DNA of 64,000 nt from Parcubacteria group bacterium GW2011_GWA1_40_21 (GTDB lineage Bacteria; Patescibacteriota; Minisyncoccia; Phycocordibacterales; GWA1-40-21), in NCBI GenBank assembly GCA_000996205.1, contig LBYO01000004.1, forward strand, positions 4,051 through 68,050. Direction: 5' to 3'. A program made the position numbers and the translations under genes. Below, one piece after another: positions 1 through 8,830 of the stretch (within the stretch, counting starts at the first letter, position 1; every line of letters starts with the position of its first letter). The notes under the pieces were generated by a model. That model saw nothing but the letters and a program-made list of their open reading frames with translations. It had not been told where the DNA came from and did no database searches.

Positions 1-981
1 GCGATCATTTGAGATAAGCCAGCCGTTAAGGTTGATTTCAAAAATTCCTTGATTCCATATTTCCACCGAATCGCCGGAAACATTTGAAATAACGACTGAC
101 GGATTCACCACTTTTACGCTTGTTCTGGAAACCGCGGAAACATCGGAGAGATACGCATTCAACACGACAGCATAATCTCCAGCAAATTTGTAAATATGCG
201 AAACTTTCTTGCCTTCCGCGGCGGAGCCGTCGCCGAAAGACCAGACGAACCTCACGCCCTGCCCTTCTGACTCTTTAGGAATCACGGCTTCCCCGCTAAA
301 GGCTATGGGAGCGCCGGAATAAGCGAGGCGGGCGCGGCCGGAGCTTGCCTCAAAGCGCGCGGAAGATTTTGAGGACGAGCTCAAATCTTCCGGACTGGAA
401 TGAGTGGAAATAAAAGATGGAGAAGTCTCAACACTTGCGATTTCTGAAGGAGGCGCGGACTGGGATTGGCCTGAAGAACTTTCGGAAGAAGATGATGAGC
501 TTCCGCCCGAACCGCCTGAATAATTTGAGTCAATAGTTATAATGTGAGGCGAAAGTTCTTGGATATATTTATATTCCGAGGACGCTTCATCTTTCATCTT
601 TACTTTGATCTTGTAATCACCATCGGACACTACCACCCCCCTGCTCATCTTTGTGTCGCTTGGCTTACCATACCACGGCTTTATAACTGAAGAAGTGTAG
701 GAATTACTTGTTGTTGTAAAAAATATCACACTGCTGTCATCGTCGTCGTTGCATTTGCTATCTGTGGTCTTGCATATGTAAATCCTGCTGAATTTTACCA
801 GAACATTGGTATTTATCTCGATATTCACAACATCGCCCCGCGAAGGATTGAGTTTAACACTTTCTTCTTTTCCGTTTAATTTGTAATTGACAACTTTCGG
901 CTCCAGCGTGGCGGAAGCCAATATTGAAAATGAAAATAAGGAGGCAAAAACCAAAGAAGCCCGGATTATTTTGAATTTCAT
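1..981 (-). CDS. Secreted PKD-domain / lamin-tail-like surface protein (runs off window start)
   Basis: Manual translation from ATG at 981 gives signal-like MKFKIIRASLVFASLFSFSILASA, a Ser-rich linker, a PKD motif FVWSFGDGSAAEGKKVSHIYKFAGDY, then VEIWNQGIFEINLNGWLI (lamin-tail-like). It is not in the ORF track because it is truncated. Confidence 0.7.
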   Translation of the reverse strand, partial: MKFKIIRASLVFASLFSFSILASATLEPKVVNYKLNGKEESVKLNPSRGDVVNIEINTNVLVKFSRIYICKTTDSKCNDDDDSSVIFFTTTSNSYTSSVIKPWYGKPSDTKMSRGVVVSDGDYKIKVKMKDEASSEYKYIQELSPHIITIDSNYSGGSGGSSSSSSESSSGQSQSAPPSEIASVETSPSFISTHSSPEDLSSSSKSSARFEASSGRARLAYSGAPIAFSGEAVIPKESEGQGVRFVWSFGDGSAAEGKKVSHIYKFAGDYAVVLNAYLSDVSAVSRTSVKVVNPSVVISNVSGDSVEIWNQGIFEINLNGWLISNDR

Positions 982-1035
982 TTTTTTATATTCTTAATCT
1001 TCCCTAAACAGCTACAAGCTAATAAGCTATCCTCT

Positions 1036-2016
1036 TCAATATCCATAAGTCAGCTCGTCAACGCTTTTCCCGTCGCCGTCATAAAGAGTAATCGTTTCTC
1101 TGTCTTTGCCCCATAATTCGCGCGGATAGTTTAAAAAAATTCTCCATTCTTTTCCGAAAAAGTTTTCATCCGACAAGTGATTCACGACGCAGGATTCGTA
1201 ACTGTAATTGCTCTTGAGGAAATTTTTGCACTGCTGGCTTAAATTTCCGACATCATCCACAAATCCGGCGAAAGGCTCTTTGTTTTTGTAAAACAAATCT
1301 TTAAATTCCGGAGTATGGCACGAGCCCATCCGCCTTACGAATTTATAGCAAGCATCGTCCAAAGACGACACGCCTTTTTCACTCTCCGGATTTGGGCAAT
1401 TCGTATTTATAGACGGAGTAAAATCATAATACTTCAAATTTTCAATGTAGCCGGAGCAAATATTTTCTTTAAAATTTGTTCTAATTTCAAAAGGTATGCC
1501 GTTCGCCACTTTGCCCGTCGTTATTACCGCTTTGTCTCCCGCTTTAAGAACAATGTCTTCCCGGGGATTGCCGCCGTTCGGAATGAAGATAAGAGTCCCT
1601 TCCGGAATCATGACTTTGTCAGACACGCCTCTCACTTGTTTGTCATTGCCGGTCAAAAATAATTTTTTGTCTTTGCCGTTCGTGAGCGACCAGCCGGTGA
1701 TGTTTATCGGCTCTTTGTTTCCGCTTCCGGCTTGAAGGGTGATGTATTCTTGATTGACGCGATCTTCCCCGGAAGCATTTCCTCTGCCTATTCTGACCAT
1801 CTCTTTCCATCTTGACTCGCCACTATCAACACTTGAACCAGTTTGCCCGCTTATCGCAGAAGATGGTTTTGAGATATCGGTTTTTTCGTCATTTGCCGTC
1901 TGCCCTCCTATTCCGCCTACTCCAAATTTGCCGGTAAGCCAAACCGCCAAGATTATAATCACAAACCATTTCAAATCCGCCATCGGATTGCCTTTTTTCT
2001 CTTCGTCTTTTGCCAT
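1036..2016 (-). CDS. Membrane-anchored Cys-rich protein with lamin-tail-like domain
   Basis: N-terminal TM segment; EYITLQA..EPINITGWSL and ETITLYDGDGKSVD are lamin-tail-like motifs. Confidence 0.6.
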   Translation of the reverse strand: MAKDEEKKGNPMADLKWFVIIILAVWLTGKFGVGGIGGQTANDEKTDISKPSSAISGQTGSSVDSGESRWKEMVRIGRGNASGEDRVNQEYITLQAGSGNKEPINITGWSLTNGKDKKLFLTGNDKQVRGVSDKVMIPEGTLIFIPNGGNPREDIVLKAGDKAVITTGKVANGIPFEIRTNFKENICSGYIENLKYYDFTPSINTNCPNPESEKGVSSLDDACYKFVRRMGSCHTPEFKDLFYKNKEPFAGFVDDVGNLSQQCKNFLKSNYSYESCVVNHLSDENFFGKEWRIFLNYPRELWGKDRETITLYDGDGKSVDELTYGY

Positions 2017-2020
2017 TTTT

Positions 2021-2120
2021 TTTAGTTTATAGGTGTTAGGTTTTAGGTATTAGGGGGCAGAGGATTTAATTTCTCTTTTCTGAAAACCTGCAACCTTGCC
2101 GCCTAACACCTGCAACCTAG
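2021..2120. repeat. Paired heptamer-repeat arms (AGGTGTT/AGGTTTT ... ACCTGCA/ACCTAAC)
   Basis: G-rich 7-mer run on the left and complementary C-rich run on the right. Confidence 0.7.
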
Positions 2121-2147
2121 TTATTATATCAGAAAATAATCTTTACT

Positions 2148-2253
2148 TTGAATTACGAAATGCAAAAATTTATGGTCTGGTTGAGCAAAAACATTTAGAA
2201 AACAAAGAGATTTTGCGACCCGAGGACCTAAATTTTTGCATTTCGTAATTCAA
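2148..2253. mobile_element. MITE-like element family M1, copy 1 (~106 bp)
   Basis: Terminal inverted repeats ttgaattacgaaatgcaaaaattt / aaatttttgcatttcgtaattcaa; similar copies at 57887 and 59442. Confidence 0.75.
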
Positions 2254-2300
2254 GAATCTTTAAGTATTTTTTACTTTGTAAATTTACGAACTTTCCACTC

Positions 2301-2332
2301 TTCCTCTGAAGGAGGATCCTCCACGGGCGGAA
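2301..2332. repeat. GC-rich double-hairpin palindrome family D (degenerate copy)
   Basis: ttcctctgaaggaggatcctccacgggcggaa resembles copies at 33931 and 61141. Confidence 0.55.
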
Positions 2333-2340
2333 CAACTTTT

Positions 2341-5300
2341 TTACGGGCAACCTCCTCCCGGCGCGCAGACGACGATATCAATATCATTATCATGGACGAC
2401 GCTGGCGGGAGTAGTCGCGGCGGAGTCCGCGGTCATAGCGACACCGATGGAATTGCCGGTTATCTCGCCGCCCTCAATCACGACAGGAATTTTAGGAGAA
2501 TCCGCCACAACTCCCGCCCCTTCGGCAAATCCGGTGATTGTTGTGTTTTTGATATTCGCCGTCCCGCTATAAATATCAATGCCGTTCGCTTCTCCGTTTT
2601 GAACCAGCAAGTTTGAGATTGTGGAAGTTGAATTGTAAAGACTTATGCCATTGTCTGAAACATTTTCTATCGTTGAACTCGCGATGACAAGCGTTGAGTT
2701 ATAAATAGCGATGCCGTCGCCGTCGTCTATGTTCTCAATCGTCGTTGATGATATTGTTACATTTGAATTATTAGCGGCGTAAATTCCGTCGCCTCCAGAA
2801 ATATTTTTAATGCTGGAATTCGCAATGACAAGAGTGGAATTGTAAATGCCGATACCGTCACTGTCGCCCGCGATATTGCTTACTGTGGTTGAAGAAATAT
2901 TTACCACTGAGCCGCTATAAGCGCCGATGCCGTCGCCGTCGCTTACACCGTTGATTGTCGTTGACGATATATTTATCACCGAACCGTCATAGGCGCCAAT
3001 CGCATCGTCTGTCAGATTTGCAAAATGCGCATTCTCAATGACAACTGAACTTCCGTCGTAGGCGTTAATACCGCCGTCGGTATTCGCAAAATCTGCATTG
3101 CGGATTTCCAACCGCGAATTACTGAGTCCGACATCTTTCGTATTCTCAAAACGAACATAATCAAGAGTGCTTGTCCCTGTCGCGCCGTCAAACCAAAAAC
3201 TTTCGGTCTGATTTCCCGAAAATGAATTGATGATAATCGGATTTTCGGCGGTCCCTCGCGCATCAATAATTCCATTTACATAAAATCCTCCGTTAGCGCG
3301 GTACGAAGAATTTTTATAAATTGAAATTGTGACTCCCGACTCAATAGTAAGCGTGCTTGAGGCGGAAATGGAAATTTCATTGGAAACGACAAAACCGCCA
3401 TCATCGGCTGTAAGCTTTAAGCTATCCGCGATGTCTTGTCCTTTGTTGATGAGAAAACTTACGCTGTTCTTCGCGCCGGGGGTGCCTCCGATCGGGTTGC
3501 TATTAGCATCGGCGCCGTTGGAAATAAAACCGAGGTTCGTTCCCCAGTTGAGAGAGTCAGCGCCGGATTCTTTTGACCCGTATCGTTCCATTGTTTTTCT
3601 GCTTGAACTGCTGGTATTATTTCCCGCCACCCACGCGCCGGTTGGAGTTTGGTCAAATATCGCGGATAAGTAAGAAAGAATCAGCTCTTCCCCGCCGTTC
3701 CCCAACGCCCACTCTGATGCGCCGTTGCCGTAAGCGACGGTGGTGGAATCGGCAATTATCGTATTTGCCCTCCGTTCAAGGATGAGATATTCTCGCGGCG
3801 CGATTGAGCCCTGAAGGGCGATTCGGGGAGCGCCATCTTTTGATTCAATCGCCCATTGCGACAGACTGATCGTATGTCCAGTGTTGTTTTTCAGCTCCAG
3901 CCATTCGTCGTAAGAGGAAGCGGCCGTCCCCATCCATGCGATTTCGTTGATGGCAATCGGAATCGTGGCGACTGAAATTGTTTTGGTGCTCGTCGCGCTT
4001 TTCCGGCCGCTTGCGCCGACCGCCGTGACATCAAATGTATAATCGGAAAAATCAGGAGCGGTTATGTCAATAAATGTTTCCGCGATTGTCGCATGCTCGT
4101 CGTTTTTGTTTATCGCATAGTAAGAAGCGCCGGCAACCGGCGCCCATTCAAAATGCATTGCCGTCGTGGCGAGAAGACAGCTGTCAGTCGCTAGAGAGTC
4201 GGCGCATTGAGGCGCGCTTAATGCCGGCGCGGATAATTCTTCGGGAGTGACGGATTCATTTTCTGTTTTTTTGATTTCAATTTTTTCAACCGCCACGAGC
4301 GGCGGCGACGAACCTACTCCGTAAATTCGCCGTCCCACAAAAACAAGTTTGACCGGCGAACTTTTTTCCGCCATTGCTTTAACCTCCGTCTTTGATACGA
4401 AGGAATTTCCCGCTGGATCGGCGGATGGAAACGGCAAAGACGGCGAGATGGCTGATTGCTTGTTTAAAGTGGAAACAGCAACGGCGACAATTTTATTTTT
4501 GGATGTTGCCGCGCCGGTCGGAATTGGAGGAGCCGGCAATCCTTGGTTCGCATTGTTTACCGCCGCGCCGCTTCTCCCAGCCAAATTTGCCGCCCCGCTC
4601 GTCAACGATTTGGCGGCGGCGGTTAGCGAAGAAGCGGTTGCGAGGGCGGTTTGAGCAACGGTTTTTGCCGCCGCCATTCCGGTGTTGTATGTCCAAACGA
4701 CCACTTTCGCGCTAGCTGTTCCAACGAGCGCGACCGCATCACTGCCCGCAGTCGCCGCAGGATCGGCGACAGCGAGAACCGCTCCTTCAATCTTGTGAGC
4801 GACAGTGAGTTCCGGCGGAGATATGCAAGACTTGTCTTCGCTTTGCGAAATATTTTCCGACAGACGGTCAAGTGAAGCCCGAATATCCGAAACGATTTCC
4901 GCGCCGCGGTATTTGAGATAAATATCTTTGAAATTATGCCCAGCGGGGTCATCGCCGTTTTGCAATTCAATATGGGTATTGGGCGGCATAATTTTTTTGA
5001 ACGGCGCGCGCCCGACTACGCCGGCAATGACCTTGTCCGTGTCGGAAGTGAGCCACTTCCCTCCTCCAGCCACGCGACCGGACGGAGTGGCAACGCTGTA
5101 GACGCCGATTGATTCCGTCGGAACGCCGCCTTGTTTTCCGGCCACGGTATCGTAAAAACTGTTGGCATAAAAATTGCCCTGTGAATGGGCAACAAGGAGA
5201 AGCTTTTGAGTTTTGACCTTTTCGCTGGCGGACTTCAGCATCTCTACAAGGTCGTAATCCTCCACCGTCTCATTATCAAAAATCTTCTGATAAACCGCCA

Positions 5301-5571
5301 TCAAAATGTCGCCCACCCCCGCGAGGTGCGAGGGGTTGTGAAGAAAATCAACGGTGATAGGTTGGCTATTGAAAGTGGGAGGTAATCTTTTCTTTAACTC
5401 ATCTTTGTTTTTCTTTGCATTAATCTCGTCAGTAAAAATCCCATTTATTGTAAAAATTGAGTAGCCGACAGGAGAACAAATTTGACTGTCTGATTGAGCA
5501 AAAATTGAAAACGGAAAAAGAAATATGAACGCAGTCAATATAATTTGATAGTTTTTAAAAAGATATTTCAT
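2341..5571 (-). CDS. Large secreted multidomain protein: alpha/beta-hydrolase (lipase-like) + lamin-tail domain + right-handed beta-helix repeats
   Basis: Signal peptide; LLVAHSQGN nucleophile elbow; IAINEIAWMG..DEWLELKN (lamin tail); C-terminal ~23-aa repeats of the GDGIGIYNSTLVIANSSI type. ATG at 5571 (track start is TTG 5580). Confidence 0.75.
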   Translation of the reverse strand: MKYLFKNYQIILTAFIFLFPFSIFAQSDSQICSPVGYSIFTINGIFTDEINAKKNKDELKKRLPPTFNSQPITVDFLHNPSHLAGVGDILMAVYQKIFDNETVEDYDLVEMLKSASEKVKTQKLLLVAHSQGNFYANSFYDTVAGKQGGVPTESIGVYSVATPSGRVAGGGKWLTSDTDKVIAGVVGRAPFKKIMPPNTHIELQNGDDPAGHNFKDIYLKYRGAEIVSDIRASLDRLSENISQSEDKSCISPPELTVAHKIEGAVLAVADPAATAGSDAVALVGTASAKVVVWTYNTGMAAAKTVAQTALATASSLTAAAKSLTSGAANLAGRSGAAVNNANQGLPAPPIPTGAATSKNKIVAVAVSTLNKQSAISPSLPFPSADPAGNSFVSKTEVKAMAEKSSPVKLVFVGRRIYGVGSSPPLVAVEKIEIKKTENESVTPEELSAPALSAPQCADSLATDSCLLATTAMHFEWAPVAGASYYAINKNDEHATIAETFIDITAPDFSDYTFDVTAVGASGRKSATSTKTISVATIPIAINEIAWMGTAASSYDEWLELKNNTGHTISLSQWAIESKDGAPRIALQGSIAPREYLILERRANTIIADSTTVAYGNGASEWALGNGGEELILSYLSAIFDQTPTGAWVAGNNTSSSSRKTMERYGSKESGADSLNWGTNLGFISNGADANSNPIGGTPGAKNSVSFLINKGQDIADSLKLTADDGGFVVSNEISISASSTLTIESGVTISIYKNSSYRANGGFYVNGIIDARGTAENPIIINSFSGNQTESFWFDGATGTSTLDYVRFENTKDVGLSNSRLEIRNADFANTDGGINAYDGSSVVIENAHFANLTDDAIGAYDGSVINISSTTINGVSDGDGIGAYSGSVVNISSTTVSNIAGDSDGIGIYNSTLVIANSSIKNISGGDGIYAANNSNVTISSTTIENIDDGDGIAIYNSTLVIASSTIENVSDNGISLYNSTSTISNLLVQNGEANGIDIYSGTANIKNTTITGFAEGAGVVADSPKIPVVIEGGEITGNSIGVAMTADSAATTPASVVHDNDIDIVVCAPGGGCP

Positions 5572-5576
5572 AAAAC

Positions 5577-6212
5577 TCAATTGGTAATATTTGCATAATC
5601 TATGTCACAGGTTTTATTTGTTGATTCGCCATAACTACCCAAATTACCTTTATAAAAATCTTTATGCGCTTCTTTTCTTATTTCTATATTGAATTGTTTA
5701 TCTTCTAAAAAATTTATAAATATATCTATTTTTTCTATATCAGAATATTCCCTTGAAGATTCAGGAGTTTTTCTAGGCACAAGAGTATCTGCAAGACAAG
5801 TATCTGCTCTACTCTGCTCTGTTGCCACTTCAGTCACCGTCCCCCCATTCACCACCATCTGCACTGCCTCCATCTGCAACGCCAGCGCATACTGCAAAAG
5901 TACCGCCCGAGTTTTCGCGGAGTTTGGGTATTCTTTAAAAATAGCGAGCTCAACATCGTCGCGAATGCCGTTTTGATTGGCGTCAATTCCGGCGACGGTT
6001 TTGTCCGCCTCCGCTCCCGGGTCCGGTGGCAAGTTTTTCCCCATCACATCATCAAGAGAGAGCTTGGTCGCGTGAATTTTCTCCACCATCGCGGCGGTCT
6101 TTTTTAAATTGGCGAAGTGGAACATCCTCACGATAACTAAAATCACGAAAGCCACAAAAATAACAATAAAGAACCACACCGCCACCTTCCCCACTTTCTT
6201 TAAAAAGTTCAT
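5577..6212 (-). CDS. Membrane-anchored protein with Ca-binding-like GIDANQNGIRDDVE motif
   Basis: N-terminal TM; DxNxNGxxD motif; ends a few nt before the hydrolase gene start. Confidence 0.65.
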   Translation of the reverse strand: MNFLKKVGKVAVWFFIVIFVAFVILVIVRMFHFANLKKTAAMVEKIHATKLSLDDVMGKNLPPDPGAEADKTVAGIDANQNGIRDDVELAIFKEYPNSAKTRAVLLQYALALQMEAVQMVVNGGTVTEVATEQSRADTCLADTLVPRKTPESSREYSDIEKIDIFINFLEDKQFNIEIRKEAHKDFYKGNLGSYGESTNKTCDIDYANITN

Positions 6213-6282
6213 AATTTAATTCATTTTATTATATCAACAAAACTCAAAACAACAACTCTCCCAAAAAGATACCGACAAACAT

Positions 6283-6311
6283 CCCACTTGGAAACTTAGT
6301 TTCCAAGTGGG
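6283..6311. repeat. Palindrome family B (cccacttggaaact-t-agtttccaagtggg)
   Basis: Perfect 14-bp arms; identical core at 34831-34859; overlaps the stop codon of the glycosyltransferase. Confidence 0.8.
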
Positions 6312-8029
6312 GAGTATTCGGGCGAGATTTTGTATATTTTGAAGGCGTCTTCGCCGGCGAGATTTTTAATAATGTCGTAAGGAACTTTTAATCCGTCTAA
6401 TTTCTCGGCGAGATTTATGCCGATTGAAGATATTTCGCTGTTCGCTTTCCTTGTCGTGTCCAAAATATTTTCTTTTAAGGGATATATGTAATGAACATCT
6501 CTTTCGCTGATTTCTTGCAAGTCTTTAATTTTAAGAGCCGGACCACTCTGAGACAAATAACTTGTGGATATTACCGGTAGGCGATAATAATTCAGATATT
6601 TCTGAAAATACCAATATTGAGCGAACCAATTTATTCTGTCGTCAAAGATGATGACATTTCTGCCGGTGAAATCCTCGTTGCTGAAACTCAGATCAGCGAG
6701 ACTTCTTGGGGATTGCTTGCGGGGTAAATCAGTTATTAAATTTTTTCTTATATAATCCTCAAGCTGGTTGAATCCGTAGTTTTTTATTCTATATGAAGAG
6801 AACATTTTATTTTCCGCGCCGATAGGCTTGCGAAAAACATTGGTGTTGAAAGCGTAAAACATTTCAAAAATAAGCATAGCGGCAATCAATGAAATATAAG
6901 CGGGGACAAGTATTTTTTTAAGACGATTGCCTTCTGCCAGTTTATACCAGTCATAAAAAGCCAAACCCAAAGCGATGGAAGCGATTGGCGTAATAATTGA
7001 AACAAATCTCACTCCTGCGCCAAAAAAAGAAAACATCACAAAAAGGGAAGCGACATTGACCGCCAAATACAAATCAAATTTTGTATTTTTTCTTCGCGCG
7101 ATTTTCGCAGCCAGCCAAGCGAATGAAAATAAAACAGCCAGCGCGAAAGGATAGGAATTATTGGCAAAAATTGTTGAAATTGTTGAACGAAAATTTCCCC
7201 ATAAATTAAAATCTGCCTTTCTTCCGGAGATTGTGATGAAGTCGTCCGGATGCATACCGACTATTGAAGAAAGAGCCGCGTCAAAATGCCCTCTGGTTTT
7301 ATAAACATTCAGATTGTAAATAATGACAGGAGCCGCGATTGCGAAAAATATAATGACCGCCGCGATAATTTTTTTACAGCCGATTTTCCTGAATATTTTT
7401 TTATATTCCAATACTGCAAAAATAAACGGCGGAATCAAAAGAAACAACGAGGTGTATTTTGATATCAAAGAAAGCGCGAGAAATCCCGACCACAAATAAA
7501 GATATTTTGTCTTGTAATCATTTTGCAAGAAAAGGAAAAGGAAGAAAAAAGCGAGAACAATAAACACTTGCTGTATCCCCTCAAGATATCCGGCGAGCGC
7601 CGCCCAGACGGCGTATGAGTTTGCCAAGAAAGCCAGAGCCGCTAAAATGGCGATTCTGAGGTTAAATATTTTCTTTATAAAATAAAAAATTAGAAACGCC
7701 GAAGACAGACCGGCGAAGATAAACGGCAATCGCGCCGCGAGCAAGGAAGGACCGAGAAAAAAGAAAAAAATATGCTGAATAAAAAATACAAGCGGTGGAG
7801 CGTCGTGAAAAGATAGAATCGCCCATCCGGGAACGCGGCCAAACCAATCTATCGGCGTGCTCTGTCCGCCAAGCAGACGGTCAAACCATCCTAACGCCCT
7901 AAAGGAATTTAGGGCATTGTCGGAATAAATATCTCCGTAAAAAATCCCGCCAAACCAGAGATACAAGATGAGTAAGCCTAATAAGACGCCTAAAATGTAA
8001 GTTATTTTTTTATATTTTATATTCTTCAT
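6296..8029 (-). CDS. GT-C fold membrane glycosyltransferase (ArnT/PMT, family 39-like)
   Basis: Many TM helices; FHDAPPL, LAARLPF and LSLISKYT motifs. Confidence 0.8.
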   Translation of the reverse strand: MKNIKYKKITYILGVLLGLLILYLWFGGIFYGDIYSDNALNSFRALGWFDRLLGGQSTPIDWFGRVPGWAILSFHDAPPLVFFIQHIFFFFLGPSLLAARLPFIFAGLSSAFLIFYFIKKIFNLRIAILAALAFLANSYAVWAALAGYLEGIQQVFIVLAFFFLFLFLQNDYKTKYLYLWSGFLALSLISKYTSLFLLIPPFIFAVLEYKKIFRKIGCKKIIAAVIIFFAIAAPVIIYNLNVYKTRGHFDAALSSIVGMHPDDFITISGRKADFNLWGNFRSTISTIFANNSYPFALAVLFSFAWLAAKIARRKNTKFDLYLAVNVASLFVMFSFFGAGVRFVSIITPIASIALGLAFYDWYKLAEGNRLKKILVPAYISLIAAMLIFEMFYAFNTNVFRKPIGAENKMFSSYRIKNYGFNQLEDYIRKNLITDLPRKQSPRSLADLSFSNEDFTGRNVIIFDDRINWFAQYWYFQKYLNYYRLPVISTSYLSQSGPALKIKDLQEISERDVHYIYPLKENILDTTRKANSEISSIGINLAEKLDGLKVPYDIIKNLAGEDAFKIYKISPEYSPLGN

Positions 8030-8056
8030 ATATTCTTATTTATCCCCAGTCTAACA

Positions 8057-8084
8057 TTGACACCTGCGACATATCTGATATCAT
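8057..8084 (+). promoter_or_regulatory. Sigma70-like promoter convergent on pemK
   Basis: TTGACA(8057)-16 bp-TATCAT(8079). Confidence 0.55.
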
Positions 8085-8090
8085 ACTATT

Positions 8091-8174
8091 ACAAATGGCT
8101 TCGGCCCGACTCCGCCGCAAGGCGGAGGTAAAAAATGAAAAAATTCAAGGCAAAAGCGCCTTGAATTTTTTCAT
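8091..8174 (+). ncRNA. Candidate small RNA antisense to the 3' end of pemK
   Basis: Downstream of the promoter; GGC-UUCG-GCC and CUCCGCC-GCAA-GGCGGAG tetraloop hairpins, then a 17-bp stem spanning the pemK stop. Confidence 0.4.
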
Positions 8175-8534
8175 TAATTCCCTAAAATCATCGTCTGACA
8201 AATTACCCAACTTATGACTTAAACGGCGAGCGTCCACTAACCGAATTTGAGATAAAATAGCCGCGCTTATAATTTTATCGCCAGAAACAAACTGAAAATA
8301 GTATTTGGATTTCTTTTGAGTGTGAGTAAGCGGAATTGCCCAGAAAATTTCATTGTTAAATTTTTTGAACACAATCACAGGACGCAAGAAATCTTTTCCT
8401 CCGCCATCTTGCTCAAAACCTATATTTGCGCCGAGCGCGCACCACCAAATTTCCCTGTCATGAAAAAATGGACGGCGACCAATATCATTTACCTCCGATT
8501 TTTTACTGTGCCAATTCTGAAAATCTTTTTTCAT
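8145..8534 (-). CDS. PemK/MazF family toxin (orphan)
   Basis: REIWWCALGANIGFEQDG..RPVIV, AIPLT, ILSQIRLVDARRL. Confidence 0.85.
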   Translation of the reverse strand: MKKDFQNWHSKKSEVNDIGRRPFFHDREIWWCALGANIGFEQDGGGKDFLRPVIVFKKFNNEIFWAIPLTHTQKKSKYYFQFVSGDKIISAAILSQIRLVDARRLSHKLGNLSDDDFRELMKKFKALLP

Positions 8535-8673
8535 TGATTATTTATGCAATGTTTCCAATTTTCAATATAATATCACATCCTAATCGACAATAAAAATCAG
8601 AAAAAGTCGCTCTGACTCCCTGACTGCAAACCCCCTTCAGTCCCCCTTGTCATTGGGAAAACCGGAGTAGTTA

Positions 8674-8722
8674 CTTGGCGGTTTCACCGCCAAGCGCTCT
8701 GTGGGTATCAGATACCCACAGA
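8674..8722. repeat. Adjacent palindromes: family C (cttggcggt-ttc-accgccaag) and family A (tctgtgggtatc-a-gatacccacaga)
   Basis: Perfect inverted repeats; family A recurs at 21415 and 38184. Confidence 0.75.
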
Positions 8723-8735
8723 ATTTGGGCAACGC

Positions 8736-8765
8736 AAAAACCCCTCTCGAAAGAGAGGGGTTTTT
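8736..8765 (-). terminator. Rho-independent terminator after the S-layer-like gene (possibly bidirectional)
   Basis: aaaaacccctctc-gaaa-gagaggggttttt. Confidence 0.8.
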
Positions 8766-8830
8766 GTTAACCATCTTCTTGGTTGAGCTTAGCTTTAGCT
8801 AAGCGAAACCGGAGAAGTCACAAGAGGTTA

